Shown: positions 27,128 through 40,186 of the stretch, one piece after another
Layout: each line of letters opens with the position of its first letter
Numbering within the stretch: the stretch's first letter is position 1
DNA from: Antedon mediterranea
Lineage: Eukaryota; Animalia; Echinodermata
Reading direction: 5' to 3'
Length of the DNA stretch: 64,000 bases
Assembly: GCF_964355755.1 (NCBI RefSeq)
Contig: NC_092673.1
Span: 7,440,001-7,504,000, forward strand
Program-made: the position numbers and the translations under genes
The notes under the pieces: model-generated
Database searches by the model: none
What the model was told of the DNA's origin: nothing
The model's input: the letters and a program-made list of their open reading frames with translations, nothing else

Positions 27128-27958
27128 AACAAGGCCAACAGCCATTAAGTCGCGTGCTACAATGCATAATGATACCGGACCGACAGACAGACCGACAGAC
27201 AGACCGACCGACATAGTGAACTATAGTCGCGTCCACGCGACTAAAAAGGCATAATTTTGACGAATTTTTTTACTTTTTCATCAAAAACGTGCGCAAATTA
27301 TCCAATTCGACGTGCTCGTATGACGTAATTTTAAGTCGAAATTGTTTAAAAGATGGTAAAATTATTAGAAAAGGCTGCAAAAACATAAATCACGCGAAAA
27401 AAGTATGTATTTAACGCTACGTGCGCACCACGCGCGTAAAAATTTGCGCGCGTATGAGAATTTTTGACATGCTCAAAATGACAAGAAACGCGTAGAAAGT
27501 TGATTAAAAAAAAATTTTGCGCATTTTAAAATTTTAAATGCGCGTGCGCGCGTAACTTTGTGGCTTTGTGACTCATGGCAATTTTGTAAACGCTTAAAAT
27601 TGCCTGAAACGTACTCTTATTTCATCGAAAATAAATTTTGAAAATTTTAAGCGCGCGTACGCATGCGTTACATGCGCTACGCACGTAATTGTATTGCCAT
27701 ATGATGATTTATGCCCTGAAATTTATGAGTACCAAATTTTATTTAATTGTGATTCATGGTTGTTAAGATATGATTACAAACGTGATTTCGTTAAATCGTG
27801 CGTAGACCGCGTAATTTTTTATTGCGCACCGTGAAAACATAACCACATCGATTCCTGGACATAAGGAATATACTGTAAAAAATTGACTTAGCTAGATTAA
27901 ACTGATATCAAGATAAGGTCAGAAAGCGATAAAACGCATAGTGATACCGGACCGACAG

Positions 27959-27989
<31 letters not shown>

Positions 27990-28035
27990 GACCGACATAG
28001 TGAACTATAGAGTCGCTTCCACACGCGACTAAAAA
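27128..28035 (-). mobile_element. DINE-1/HINE-like (Helentron-associated) non-autonomous element
   Basis: T-run plus subterminal AGTCGCGTG / CACGCGACT inverted motif, GTCT/GTCG microsatellite, terminal hairpin and CTTGTT end. Near-identical core in 33284-34010 and 41949-42717. Confidence 0.75.
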
Positions 28036-29438
28036 TCAACACCAGCTAATGTAGAAACAGTCAACAGCTTATGTAGTAACGAAAATTGCCTCCCAGCTTA
28101 TGTAGTTACGATCGGCAGCTAATGTAGAAAATGTTATATATTTTACACAAATGCATCGATCTTTACTCTTAGCTATCAGTCTTTCCACCTCTCGTAAGCA
28201 ACCTTCTATGGTCAGTAGTTATCGAGATAGGCCTGTAGCATATCAAGGTCAAAGGTAAAAAATCGTTCCTATTTGAACCAACTTAACAAAACCACAAAAC
28301 ACTTACACTAAGATTCAAGATTCTTTATTACTACAACTTGACATTCTGACTTTACTTTGGTGTAATACATAAGTACAAAATACATAAAAAACATCAACAA
28401 GTGATTAAAACAGATAAAAATGGTGCTAGGCCTACAAATAAAATTGATGTTAAGATGTTATAAAATGTTTTTTGAAAAAGTGTTGGTACTACAGTATTTT
28501 TCACATATACACTCTTGTGACGAATTGCGATATTTTCTTGAATGACGAATCCGTGTATGCATAATAAAAATAGGCAGCGCGAAATTAAGGCTATTTAACT
28601 GTTACTATGGCCGTTAATTTGCCTTTGTTCATAAACGTTTTATGCTGACGGTATTATTATTATTATTGACATTTGAATTTTGTGTTTGGTTAAACTTCAT
28701 TTTATTGACGTTTTCCCTATCGTCAACCGCCTCATTTAGTATTAATTTTTGGGCGTCCGTCGATATCCAGTAATGTGGATATCATGTACATCTAAATATG
28801 CCAAGCAGTATTTTGCATATAGATGCTCACTGAGAAGTTGGGGTAGTACTATTTTATGTTACTGTCTAAGTGCAGATGATGTTGAAATATTAACGTTAAG
28901 ACCTCTACTTACTTTAAATTACTTTTAAAAAAAAATGTATTTTTTCCCATTATTATATTTTACACCAAAGAGTACACATCTGCGTTTTGAAAATCTAAGA
29001 ACTAGTATTTAACCTCACTACCATCACCTTACAAAACGTACTTTAATTAAATTCAACCATAATGTTTAGAATAACATGTAGTCCTAAGACGTTTATTTTA
29101 ATCGTATTAAAATCAATTTGAACTCCTAGTTATATTAACGTCATTGTATGTACACTACAGTAACTATAATACCAATAATACATACGTTCCATATTCTGTC
29201 CTATGGAAGGCAATCGCCATTAAAAATGTCAATTACAGACATACAATGTATTCGTAGAAATACACAAGGTACTCGCGGAAACGTACAACGTAGCCTTACT
29301 CGCGGAAACTTACAAAGAAATGCACAAAAATACATTGTATGTTTATAATCGTATTTTTGGCGGCAATTGCCTTCCATAGTACCCACAATCGCAAAAAGAC
29401 TAGATATTCTCAAGTTCTTCTTTCCTACCCATGTATAT

Positions 29439-29659
29439 TTAATCTAAGCATTGGTTTAACGATACCAAATGATAATCAGAATTCTCAACTAGATAATCCA
29501 GCAAGAACACAAGATTCATATAAGTATCAGGAAGGTCTGTATCTAGACAAAGTATTCCACCATCAGAAGTTTGTAACTTTTCTGAAATTATTCTCAGTGC
29601 CTTTGGTATACGTTCAACATCTCGAAATCGGTAGTAATTCTGTACAGTCAGTAATGGTT
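29439..29659 (-). CDS. FkbM-like methyltransferase / NodB-like fusion protein, exon 6 (terminal)
   Basis: ttttgcag acceptor, phase 1 matches exon 5; open frame PLLTVQNYYRFRDVERIPKAL...GGILCLDTD...YHLVSLNQCLD*. Not in the ORF track because it lacks a start codon. Confidence 0.85.
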
Positions 29660-29885
29660 CTGCAAAATACGATCATAAAACCTACTCAACACTTTTGGTA
29701 ATACAGTAATAGTAATAATAACTAGCTAACTCGGTATTTGTTTCTGATTTGCTGAAATGCTCCCATTAAAACTAAATTCTATATTAAATGTCATGTTTTG
29801 TACAATTTTTATTGAGGAATAATACCCTTTGTTTATTTCTTTTTTATATATTAGGAGTTCTCTCAGTGTCGGTTATTGGCCTTAC

Positions 29886-30333
29886 CTGACTTTGGCGGAA
29901 AGTTAACAGAAGGTTTAATAATACGGAATCCTATGCTTTTTAGCTGTTCCTTAACTGAACCACCGTCTTCATCAGGTGAATAAAACATCGGTTTTAAATT
30001 GAGTTCTTGAAGACGCATTTCAGAACTAACTACGGCTTCTCTGATCCAATTTGGAGACATTTTTTCAAAATGTCCAGCTGGATATGGATGATTTCCACGA
30101 AGACCAATAGTGTAGTCCTTTGCCCAAGCTTTGACTAGTTCCGGCCATTCTTCAGCAAACGCACTGAACACAAACACAGTGACTGGTATTTCTATCTTAT
30201 AAGACTTTAGTGTAGTTAATACTCTTACTGCCTGTTTTCTGGTCATACCAACGTTCACTGTAATGGCTAGATTATTGTCACCATTGCATTTGTTGTAAGT
30301 TTTTCCCGCTTCACCCGGAGCTGAATCTGGTAC
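29886..30333 (-). CDS. Fusion protein exon 5 (NodB/CE4-like domain)
   Basis: tatttag acceptor; LAITVNVG...VLTTLKSYKIEIPVTVFVF...PELVK...IGLRGNHPY resembles NodB ALTFDDG...LDILKKY...ATFFV...PELVK...IGNH; donor TCAG|gtaagg. Confidence 0.85.
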
Positions 30334-31133
30334 CTAAATAGTATGATATATTTAATCATATAAAGTGTTAGGTGACATTGATCGGTGAATTAATTACAGT
30401 CAGTAACAAATCATGCAATGGACAATGAGTCAGTAACAGTAAACGTTTGGTCGATCAATTTAGTTGTATCGATAGTTCATGGAATGGACAGTGTGTCAGT
30501 AAAAATGTCGTCGGTCAATCAGTCAGGATGTCGTCAATCAGTCACATGGAATTTCTGTAATTGCCAGCAATCAGTGAATAGTCATTAAGCGTCAGCATGT
30601 CACTAAAAATGATCAGCCAATTCAATCACCTCGTCAGTCAGTGCGTGTAATGGTCAATGAGGCAACACTTAACAGGTCAACCATTCACCTCGGCGCAAAG
30701 AATGGAAAATGAAACAACAAGTTAGCAGCCATCAGGTCTCAGTGAAATAATCACTGAATACGGGTAGGCCGTCGGTAAGTGCATATAGCTAGTAAAAGAT
30801 CTGCACGTCTACTAGTCAAACAGTTAATCGATCAATCAGTTACATCGTCAGTGTGTGCATGGGATGGTCAATGAGACAACAAGTTATCAACCATTACAAC
30901 CTCAGTGAAATAATCACTGAGTACGAGTAGGTCGTAGATCAGTCCGTTTGCTACTTATCGATCTGCACGTCTACTATCTACTAGTAACAGTTAACATGTC
31001 AATCTTTCACCTTGGCACTTTGTGACTGATCAGTGCTATTAGCACTGATCAATCGAGTCTTTGTCAGTTTCAATGAGCAAGTAACCAAGCAGTAATTAAG
31101 TCTGTCAGTCGTATTGCAGATGATAAGACTTGC

Positions 31134-31290
31134 CTGTATTGGATGAATGGTTGCAAAATCCGCATAATTTCTACTTTCTGCACCCCAGTCGAACATCTTT
31201 CTCCCTTTAGTTTTAACGTTTTCAATTATGTGTGACATCGCAGATCGAGAGAGACCCACCGGCTGGTTCTTATGGTATTCGCCATAATAC
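31134..31290 (-). CDS. Fusion protein exon 4 (followed by a GC-AG intron)
   Basis: ttatag acceptor, phase 2; YYGEYH...MFDWGAE; donor CAG|gcaagt in phase 0 with exon 5. Confidence 0.8.
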
Positions 31291-31640
31291 CTATAAACCA
31301 AGTTTTTACAGTAATGTCATGATTTGTTTTCAGCGTTAAATCGACTGAAATTGCGCTGCTCTCATGAATACAAACCCCAGACGCAGGGGCACATGCCAGT
31401 ATATATGATAGCAATTATTATCAGTTGCGTTAACGTACTTTATCGTTTTATTTTGATTTCGCTTCAAGACGGAAGCGCACGCACCATACACTGCTCGCAT
31501 TAAACACAAGTCAAGGATGGAATATATTCTTTTGTTTTAAATAAAAACACAAACAAATTACTTACGATAACCTTTGGCTAATGTTTTTCTTTGAAACTGT
31601 TTTTCCGAAATAACATATTATAATTATAAAAACAACTTAC

Positions 31641-31941
31641 TTATCAATCCATGCAAACGTTCCGTCCTTCAGCATTTTCTCAAGAATTCGGAATTCAGCG
31701 CCCTCAACATCTAATTTAAAAATGACGTAGTCTTCCTTTCTCGTATTTTCCTGAATCCATTTAGATACGTCTACAACTGGTATTTGCTTACGATGAGACA
31801 ATTTCCTTCGTCCTCCAGTGTCGGTATCTGTTAGTTCCTTTTTATCAACATAGAGCGTTCCCCCTCCCCATTGCATGTCTCTTCCGTTGTTCTTGCCTTT
31901 TTCAGGGGCCCATGCTGATTCCGTAAATGCAGTCATATTTC
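31641..31941 (-). CDS. Fusion protein exon 3 (FkbM-like methyltransferase C-terminal half)
   Basis: ttctag acceptor; VDVSKWI...DYVIFKLDVEGAEFRILEKML is the FkbM/Methyltransf_21 KxDxEGxE signature; donor AA|gtaagt. Confidence 0.9.
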
Positions 31942-32369
31942 CTAGAAAGATAATTCCATTTCGTTTTCTATTAAAAACAATATAACAAACAGGAAGAAGG
32001 GCACTGTCAATGCACATTTTTAGAAAGAAAGTAAAGTTTAAATCCAATCAATATACTGTACTGTACTATAGTACATACAGTAGCCTACAATAACGTCTAA
32101 ATGATCACATACATTTGTTTATTTGTAATCGTTTATGTAAGTTTTCTATGTTCATTCAAAACTATATATAAACAAAATATAGACCAATAATCTTCAACAA
32201 TCATTTAATTTAATTTGGTATATTTTTATCTCTTTTTAGCATTCCTTATATTCTTGGCTTAAATCTTATCATAAGTTTTTGTATTTGTAATTTTTGATGA
32301 CCAATCTGGTACTACTGGTACTGCCTAAAACTCCCAAAAAATAAAAGAAAATCCAGCTATAACATAACA

Positions 32370-32898
32370 TGTAACGATACACCACTACGACATTTATATA
32401 TTTTTTAAATTATTAATTAATACAAACGTTGAAAAGCAACTGTCAGTAATAAAATAATAAAGTTTATTTATTTGTATATTATGTGTTTATAATCTAACAG
32501 TTGGGCCTACCCACACTCACAGTAATAAAGTTTATTTGTATATGTGTTTATATTATACCTAACAGTACCAACACTCACAGTAAGAAATGTTCGATTCAAA
32601 TGGCGATCAAAAGTGGTTAATACCTATTTACAGTATTGTACAGCATTGCAATACTATTTATGTTTATTCTCCATTTATGTTTTTCCAACGATCGGAAAAC
32701 ACCCCTATTTGGGGAAAATCGTTTAACCTAAATTTGTTTTAATTTTTAATAACTAATTATCTAACTCAATTTTATTAGTAAACAGGCTTAAATCAGAACC
32801 GAAAGTACGAACCAACTTCATATACCATCGAGTAAACATTCTAGAAGTAACGCGCGATTTACCGAATTTTGTCCTTACGTAAATGTATAATATATAGA
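32370..32898 (-). mobile_element. 5' portion of the Helitron family seen at 59478-60931
   Basis: Shares cgaaagtacgaaccaactt..tataccatcgagtaaacattctag and the TCTATATA terminus. Confidence 0.7.
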
Positions 32899-33283
32899 TT
32901 AGAGAAAATAGAATCTGTTTATTTAGTAATACTGGTGAAATTAGACCAATTGCATTTTTTATTTAGCTGTTCTTTATACAACAACATGAGACAGAAATAC
33001 ATTAAGATCAAACATTAAAATATATATACCTATTTGAATTATGTATTTAAAAATAAAAAAGAATTAAGACTGTTTGCTATATACATTGAAAAAAGTTTTA
33101 ACTTAAGGAATGTCCAAATCAAGAGAACTAATTTTATTTTAATGTTTTAGAAAGTGCTTAAGTTTAAGAAACGACCGCCTAAATATTGATTCATGTTATT
33201 ATGTAATATAGGCCGAAGGCCAAAATTAAGAAAAGAAAGAAAGAACCGTTGATATATATAAAGTTTGCTGTATATTGTTCTAA

Positions 33284-34010
33284 AACAAGGCCATATAGAT
33301 GGCTGCAGTCGCGTGCTTAGTGTTTACCGACCGACCGACCAACCTACCAACTGACTGAAATTACTGAACATGTTTAAAAATGTTGAAATGTTTAAAAACA
33401 GTTATATTTTTTTAATTTACACGTGCGTAGCCTGTCACTTTTGACGTGCTCGTATAACGTAATTTCGAGTTGAAAAGTAAGTCAAGAAAACAGAAATCGG
33501 GCAAAAAGAGTGCGCAATAACATTTAACGCGCAGTGCGCGCGCAAAAATCTGCGCACTCATGGCAATTTTGTAAACGCTTGAAATTGCCTGACACGTACT
33601 CTTATTTCATCGAAAATAAATTTTGAAAATTTTAAGCGCGCGTACGCATGCGTTACATGCGCTGCGCACGTAATTGTATTGCCATATGATGATTTATGCC
33701 CTGAAATTTATGAGTACCAAATTTTATTTAATTGTGATTCATGGTTGTGAAGATATGATTACAAACGTGATTTCGTTAAATCGTGCGTAGACCGCGTAAT
33801 TTTTTATTGCGCACCGTGAAAACATAACCACATCGATTCCTGGCCATAAGGAATATACTGTGAAAAATTGACTTAGCTAGATTAAACTGATATCAAGATA
33901 AGGTCAGAAAGCGATAAAACGCATAGTGATACCGGACCGACAGACAGACCGACAGACCGACCGACCAACCGACATAGTGAACTATAGAGTCGCTTCCACG
34001 CAACTAAAAA
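33284..34010 (-). mobile_element. DINE-1/HINE-like element copy
   Basis: aacaaggcc...agtcgcgtgc start, shared ~450-bp core, gaccgacagacag microsatellite, ends gtcgcttccacgcaactaaaaa. Confidence 0.75.
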
Positions 34011-34019
34011 GATAATAGC

Positions 34020-34240
34020 AATACAGACTTGGGACAAGTCTAAGGCAGCACTTGCCAGCTTTATACTATGACGTTATCCAAATTCCTTCACTTGCACTGA
34101 TGAAGGGCTAGTGTTGCCCGAAAGCTCTGCCAACTTTTCTAACTGTTTTACTTCTTGTTTTGATTTAGCTTTTCGCTCTTATTTTGTATCTCCATTGAGA
34201 TCCAGCCACTGATACCCACAGCATTGTCATTTTTTCAGTA
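34020..34240 (+). mobile_element. Penelope-like element terminal-repeat fragment
   Basis: Contains a minimal hammerhead motif, is followed by (TA)n, and its 3' 120 bp recurs at 46912-47028. Confidence 0.6.
34092..34133 (+). ncRNA. Minimal type I hammerhead ribozyme motif
   Basis: CUGAUGA 34097-34103; stem II gggc/gccc (34105-34119); GAAA 34120-34123; palindromic AGCU plus C; stem I (uu)gca/ugc(caa). Confidence 0.65.
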
Positions 34241-34379
34241 ATTATATATATATATATATAAATCCAAAGGCAGATTACTGAAAAACTTACTTTATATCGA
34301 CATTTGATTTAGCCTTGCAAACCTTACAATATACAAATAATATATGACCTTCAATTCTTAGAGTAGGTTCCTCGTCTTT

Positions 34380-35040
34380 TCCTTGAATAACTTTACACTA
34401 GGTACAGACATCTGGTAGGGAATCCCATTTATCCACACCACAATTTGCAGAGAACTGCTTTCCAACATCTTTTCATGATATTGTTCTTGTATAAATTCCC
34501 AGATTGACCTCTCAAACCTTCAAGGTTAGGAAGGGAAAAATATACTTGTAGTGATTTATTTGTATGTTTCCATCATATCAATTTCTCAGTACCTTTTCTA
34601 AGCGGTTTATACCTAGTTTTTGGATTCCCAACAACCGATGCATGTTCTAAAATTGGTCTTGCTTTAGAAAACCCCTAAAACATTTTTTAATGATAATCAT
34701 CTGATTAGCCTTCATGCAAATTTCTTCATGACGAGTAATTTCAAATTTTTCGATATTAAAACCAAGATATTTCTTGTTAACAACTTTTTTACATATTGAA
34801 GAAAAGCGTGAAATCTTAAAATTAAGTAACCATTGCTTTGACCAGGATGACAGATATCTAAGTCCTTCTGTCACAATCATCATAGCTTTTGATTTCTTTT
34901 ATTATTTTAATATCGTCCGTAAACGTGTTGGTAGTTGCTTCTCCGCCATTCTTTATTCTTATTATCATTCTTTATTTCCTCTCATTTTAAAAATGTCGTC
35001 ACCATTTCATACCATTTATTGTGCAAATGTATTAATAACG
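34380..35040 (-). mobile_element. Degenerate CR1-like LINE 3' fragment
   Basis: SWSKQWLLNF and KANQM..IIKKCF, plus a VDKWDSLP-like motif near 34410-34440. Confidence 0.55.
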
Positions 35041-35314
35041 AATTTCAACACCTTAATAGATAGCATATACCCTAGGCCTATATTTATTTTTAATTTTATG
35101 TTTGATATACAAACAAACGATAAAAAGCGTCAATGAATGATATATATTGTATTTTGTTATAAACAGTGATAAACCTAGCAATAAAAACTGCAATAACATA
35201 AACTAGGTAATTTTAATAAATAAGATTTTAAAAAAGACAACTCAACCTCCACTACACGAACACACCACTGAAGAATGAACGCTCATTGTCGATAATCATT
35301 TGAACTTTTCTGTA

Positions 35315-35542
35315 GACATATTGTATACCATTTTTTTTAATTCGAATCTATTCAGTACATCATACATAACGGATAAAAATATCGATTCTTTTGTGTCACG
35401 ATTATTATAATATTCTTGGTTCTCTATTGACATATTGTATACCATTTTTTTAAATTCGAATCTTTTCAGTACATCATACATAACGGATAAAAATATCGAT
35501 ACTTTTATGTCAGGATTATTATAATATTCTTGGTTCTCTATT
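35315..35542. repeat. Tandem duplication, 2 x 114 bp
   Basis: gacatattgtataccatt...ggttctctatt occurs at 35315-35428 and 35429-35542. Confidence 0.85.
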
Positions 35543-38239
35543 GTTCATCCAGTATAACAATGATATGCTGATGACACATCTAATTTTTTTCCTAATAAAC
35601 TATCTGTATGATGAAGAACTTAAATTAATATAATAATAAATTAAATATGTCGTTATTTTTCCGGCAATACACTTTCTAATAATTTCAATAAATGAAATGC
35701 TTTATGGACGAAACAAGCTTATAGAACCTTTCTAAAATGTTTAATGACATTGAGATTCAACTGGTAGACATGTGCGCTGGGCCATCAATGGGATAGCACC
35801 CGGAAGTTCTGACAATATTATACCAGTAGTAGTTTTAGTCACTTTTAAAATGAAAATCTTTGAAACAGCACTCAATGTATATTGTTTTATATTAGGAAAT
35901 ATCCCGAACATGGCCAATCCTCCCCGTTGGGGAGAGGGAATGGGGGGGGGGGGGGCGGCGGACATACTCACCTCACCCTTCTTATATGATCTTCCATCCC
36001 TATACCCCTCCCCGCTGGCACCTCCAATGTTGTAATATATTGTTATAACAGTACAAATGTAAATGAACTGATTTTTAGACACCATAGTCCTATGCATTAA
36101 GCATAGGACTGCGTTTCATATATTATAACAATAGGGATATATCTAGATACTAAACATTTGTTTTGCGGCCATTTTCTAATTAACAGCACTTAAAATAATG
36201 TGTATATGGTAGTTCAGATCTTCGAAACTGTAAAGAAATATAAAAAGCATTATAAAAACTGTTATAAAGTGGTAATTAGATCTATCATTTATGTTTTTTT
36301 GTCCTTTTTAGGCATTTTCGCCTTTGCCGGCCATTTTGTTTAAAAACCCTATTTCCCCAACCTGGATTTTTCTAGACTTTTAATATGTTCATATAGGGAC
36401 CTTATAGAAATGCATTGTGGTGAAATAAATTCTGTTGCAATTTTTAAAACCATATTTTATAGTTTTTCTTGCTAATGTCGGTCGGTTGGTCGGTAAACAC
36501 TAACTTGAGCACGCGACTGCAGCCATGTATATGGCCTTGTTTAACATACGAAAACCTAACGAATTTTAAAATGATAATCGACTTTCGGAAGAATAATTAC
36601 ATGAAAATCGAAAATGATAAAATTTGGATTGTGTCTGAATAAATATTTGGGTGCAATTTTAGATGATCAGAAAGACAAACGCATTATGAAACAGAATATC
36701 ATCACTGACAGAAGGGCGTGTCGGATTACTGAAATGACCGTAGTCAATTTTATGATTTCATTAAAAAAGACCAAAACAATATCAACCAAAGAATACATAT
36801 CTACTACAAAAAAAAATACAAATTGTGTGAACATAGTTATTTTAAGTTTTATTTATTTTTAAATATAGTGTACAAAAAAGAATTTATGATTTTATTTGAC
36901 CAAATAAATGCTATGAGAGCAGTTGACTGAGGGTTATTTATTTCGAAATGTTAGTGTACAGAAAATAATTTATTAGACCAAAATGTATGTTATAATCTAT
37001 CTGCACCAAAGTGGTTACTGCATAGTAAATACATGAAGAAATCTTTCTTCAGCTTTTAGTCAGTTGTGATCTGTGCTCGCGTCTCATTCAAGGTACCGAG
37101 ATCGAGGCTCACCTTAGGAAACGAAATAAGATTTTTTAATTTAATATCCGTATTATTGTTTGTTCAATTTTATTTCTTTGTGTATATATTATACGCATGA
37201 TTTATAATGAAATCTAGTGAATATCCTTATGTCTTTGTTATTGTGTCTTTAATCGGATTGTACCGGATATTGCATTTGCTAATGCCTTTTAGATTGTGCT
37301 TTTGCAAAACCAGCACAATCAAATGATTTCTTGACTTCAAGTTTGACTGTTTAGTTGTTGTTTCATAACTCTGGAAAGGTTAAACCACATTTATATTGTG
37401 TTTAAAGTATATAACTACTGTTGTAAAGTCGGATCAAAATGCTCAAAATCAGTTTCTAATCATATTGGAAGGACGATTTAGGCCATTTTAGTGTTAATGA
37501 TTTAGACATTAATTTTGTTTCGCGTCACTCACAAATTGTATTGCGAATTTCTCGTACGTATCGTAGAACGTCCGTTTTTCGCACTAGGTGTATGTTCTGC
37601 GTTATAAATGCACTATATAAGAAACACCTTCCCCAGAGCCGCCGATGTATCTATCCAGTAGTAGTAAATCCTTTCATTATGGATCTCTTGAACTCCCTAA
37701 AGCTTCAAACCGGTCTTAACGCTCATTCACAGCGGTACTCACGCTGCTTTCGCACCGTCATTTTGTTAAAAAACGGTCATTTTTGTTTTTACATCGCCAT
37801 AACTCAGGAACTATTACTCCGATTAAAAATTGCCTCACACTACACTAAAGTTTAAATAATAGTGGATATTATGATTTATACTTTAACTAAATCAGAGAAA
37901 AAAAAAACCCCGTCAAATTATGTTTTAAAACATCTACTTAGTCAACCGCTGACAGCGTAGAGGCCGTATTTTGGTCGTATTTTTGGTGAGGCCATGCTTT
38001 AAATTCATCATTATCGTTACTCAAAGGCTACATACAAAAGATTGCCTCCCACTACACTAAAGATGAATATTCATAGATTTTGGTCACGTAATTTTTGTTC
38101 TGATTGGTTGGAAAAACCCCCATCAAAATTATGATTTGCATAACTGAAAATTCAACATAGCGCGAAGATTTAGATGATTTGGAATCCACCATATCGTGAA
38201 GGGCTGAATATGTTTGCAGAAATGATATCTGTTATTTTG

Positions 38240-39999
38240 CGTATCCGGATATTCACCCCCTGGACATTTACCCCCCGGACAACTACCCCCCGGACAAGCA
38301 CCACCTGGACCACTACCCCCTTAGGACAACTACCCCTTTAGGACAACTACCCCCCGGACAAATACCCCCCGGACAACTACCCCCTTAGGACAACAACCCC
38401 CTTAGGACAACTACCCCCTGGACAACTACCCCCCGGACAATTACCCCCTAGGAACAATTACCCCCCGGACAATTACCCCCCTCCCCCCGGACAATTACCC
38501 CCCGGACAATTACCACCCAGAAAACTATCCCTTTAGAACACCCTAACCACCCAGACCATTCAACAACCTGACTCTGCAACAGTGTATAATAGGAATTAAT
38601 AACTATATTTTAATTCGTTACTTTGACGAATTACTATTCATTATTGTAAACAAAAGTAAAAGATTTAACATAAATATAGCCTGGTATAAACTGAAGATTG
38701 TCACACATGATCATAGGATAGTCGAACGTATTATATAGTACTCCCTGTATTTACTGTAAAGACTGGGTTCGCTAATAATAATAATAATTTTTGCGTCAGG
38801 ACAATGCTTCGATAACCACTGGTCTTAAAAAAATTAATTTTTGTCTCAAATTTGTCATATATGTATTTTTGTACACTTGAAGAATAATATCACTTTTGAT
38901 ATTTGACCTCAATGTTCACTCACCGAATAAACGTCGATCTTTAAATAAATTCCCCTCAAATAAACGGTGACCATGTCACTCCCATGAAACATCATATGGA
39001 ATAATCGGCGTCTATTTCCATTAGATTATACCCCCTCCCATTGAATAAACAACTTTCTTCCAATAAATGTCCACCTAAAAACCACCTAAACAATAAACGG
39101 CCCAGGCCGTTTTTTCAATAAATACGGTACTTTAAATCTAGCACATCTAGGGTCTAGCGTGCTGTTAAACAGAATAATCGGTTAAAAACGGGTGTTTCGA
39201 AACTAGAGACCCGAGACCAGAGACCAGACCCCCGAGACCCAATACGAAAAGGGAGACCTAAATATACGAAAAGGGAGACCCACGTACGAAAAGGGAGACC
39301 CCACTATACGAAAAGGGAGACCCCACTATACGAAAAGGGAGACCCCACTATACAAAAAGGGAGACCCTAATATACGAAAAGGGAGACCTAAATATACGAA
39401 AAGGGAGACCCAATTATACGAAAGGGAGACCCAAATATACAAAATGGGAGACCCAAATATACGAAAAGGGAGACCCACTATAAGAAAAAGGAGACCCACT
39501 ATAAGAAAAGGGAGACCCCACTATACGAAAAGAGAGACCACACTATACGAAAAGGGAGACCCTAATATACGAAAAGGGAGACCCAAATATAGGTCTCCCT
39601 TTTCGTATTGGGTCTCGTTTCAGGTCTCTGGTCTCGGGTCTCTAGTTTCGAAGCACCCGTTAAAAACAGATGATTTCATTTTTACAGAAACCAGTCCTAT
39701 ATATTTGTCTACTTTTGGATGGGGGGGGGGGGGGTAGTTGACCGGGGGGTAGTTGACCGGGGGGTAGTTACCCGGGGGGTAGTTACCCGGGGGGTAGTTA
39801 TCCTAAGGGGTAGTTGTCCTAAGGGGGTGGTTGTCCGGGGGGTAGTTGTCCGGGGGGTTGTTATCCTAAGGGGGTAGTTGTCCTAAGGGGGTAGTTGTCC
39901 GGGGGGTAGTTGTCCGGGGGGTAGTTGTCCTAAGGGGGTAGTTGTCCGGGTGGTAAACATCCGGGGGGTAACTGTCTAGGGGGTAGGTGTCCTAGAACC
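38240..39999. mobile_element. Mutator-like MITE with 9-bp TSD and inverted minisatellite arms
   Basis: TSD gttattttg at 38231-38239 and 40000-40008; ggacaactacccc arrays (38260-38540) mirrored by ggggtagttgtcc arrays (39730-39990). Confidence 0.8.
39190..39658. mobile_element. Nested Mutator-like MITE with 9-bp TSD and internal 21-23 bp tandem array
   Basis: TSD gttaaaaac at 39181-39189 and 39659-39667; TIR gggtg(t/c)ttcgaaactagagacccgagacc; about 16 copies of atacgaaaagggagacc. Confidence 0.85.
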
Positions 40000-40186
40000 G
40001 TTATTTTGTAGTGCGCAATAACTTTTATAATATATATGAGAAACAATTTGTTTGAATAATATTTACTGCGACCATGTTTTCAAATTATTTGAACACCAAC
40101 TGTTTTGATAAATGTCTTGTTGACCACATTCTACCCATGTTATAATGGACGATTCAAGGCCCTTTCCCAGTGATGACTAATTTTTA

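Noticed and set aside
29339-29701. 120-aa plus-strand ORF
   Set aside because: Antisense shadow of the real terminal exon at 29439-29659.
35741-36097. Overlapping 118-aa and 87-aa ORFs with poly-P/poly-G
   Set aside because: Products of a G homopolymer in probable non-autonomous repeat DNA; no domain signal.
39240-39590. CRISPR-like look of the repeated atacgaaaagggagacc
   Set aside because: Intervening sequences are only 4-6 nt and are themselves repetitive; the array lies inside TIRs with a TSD; eukaryotic context and no cas genes.
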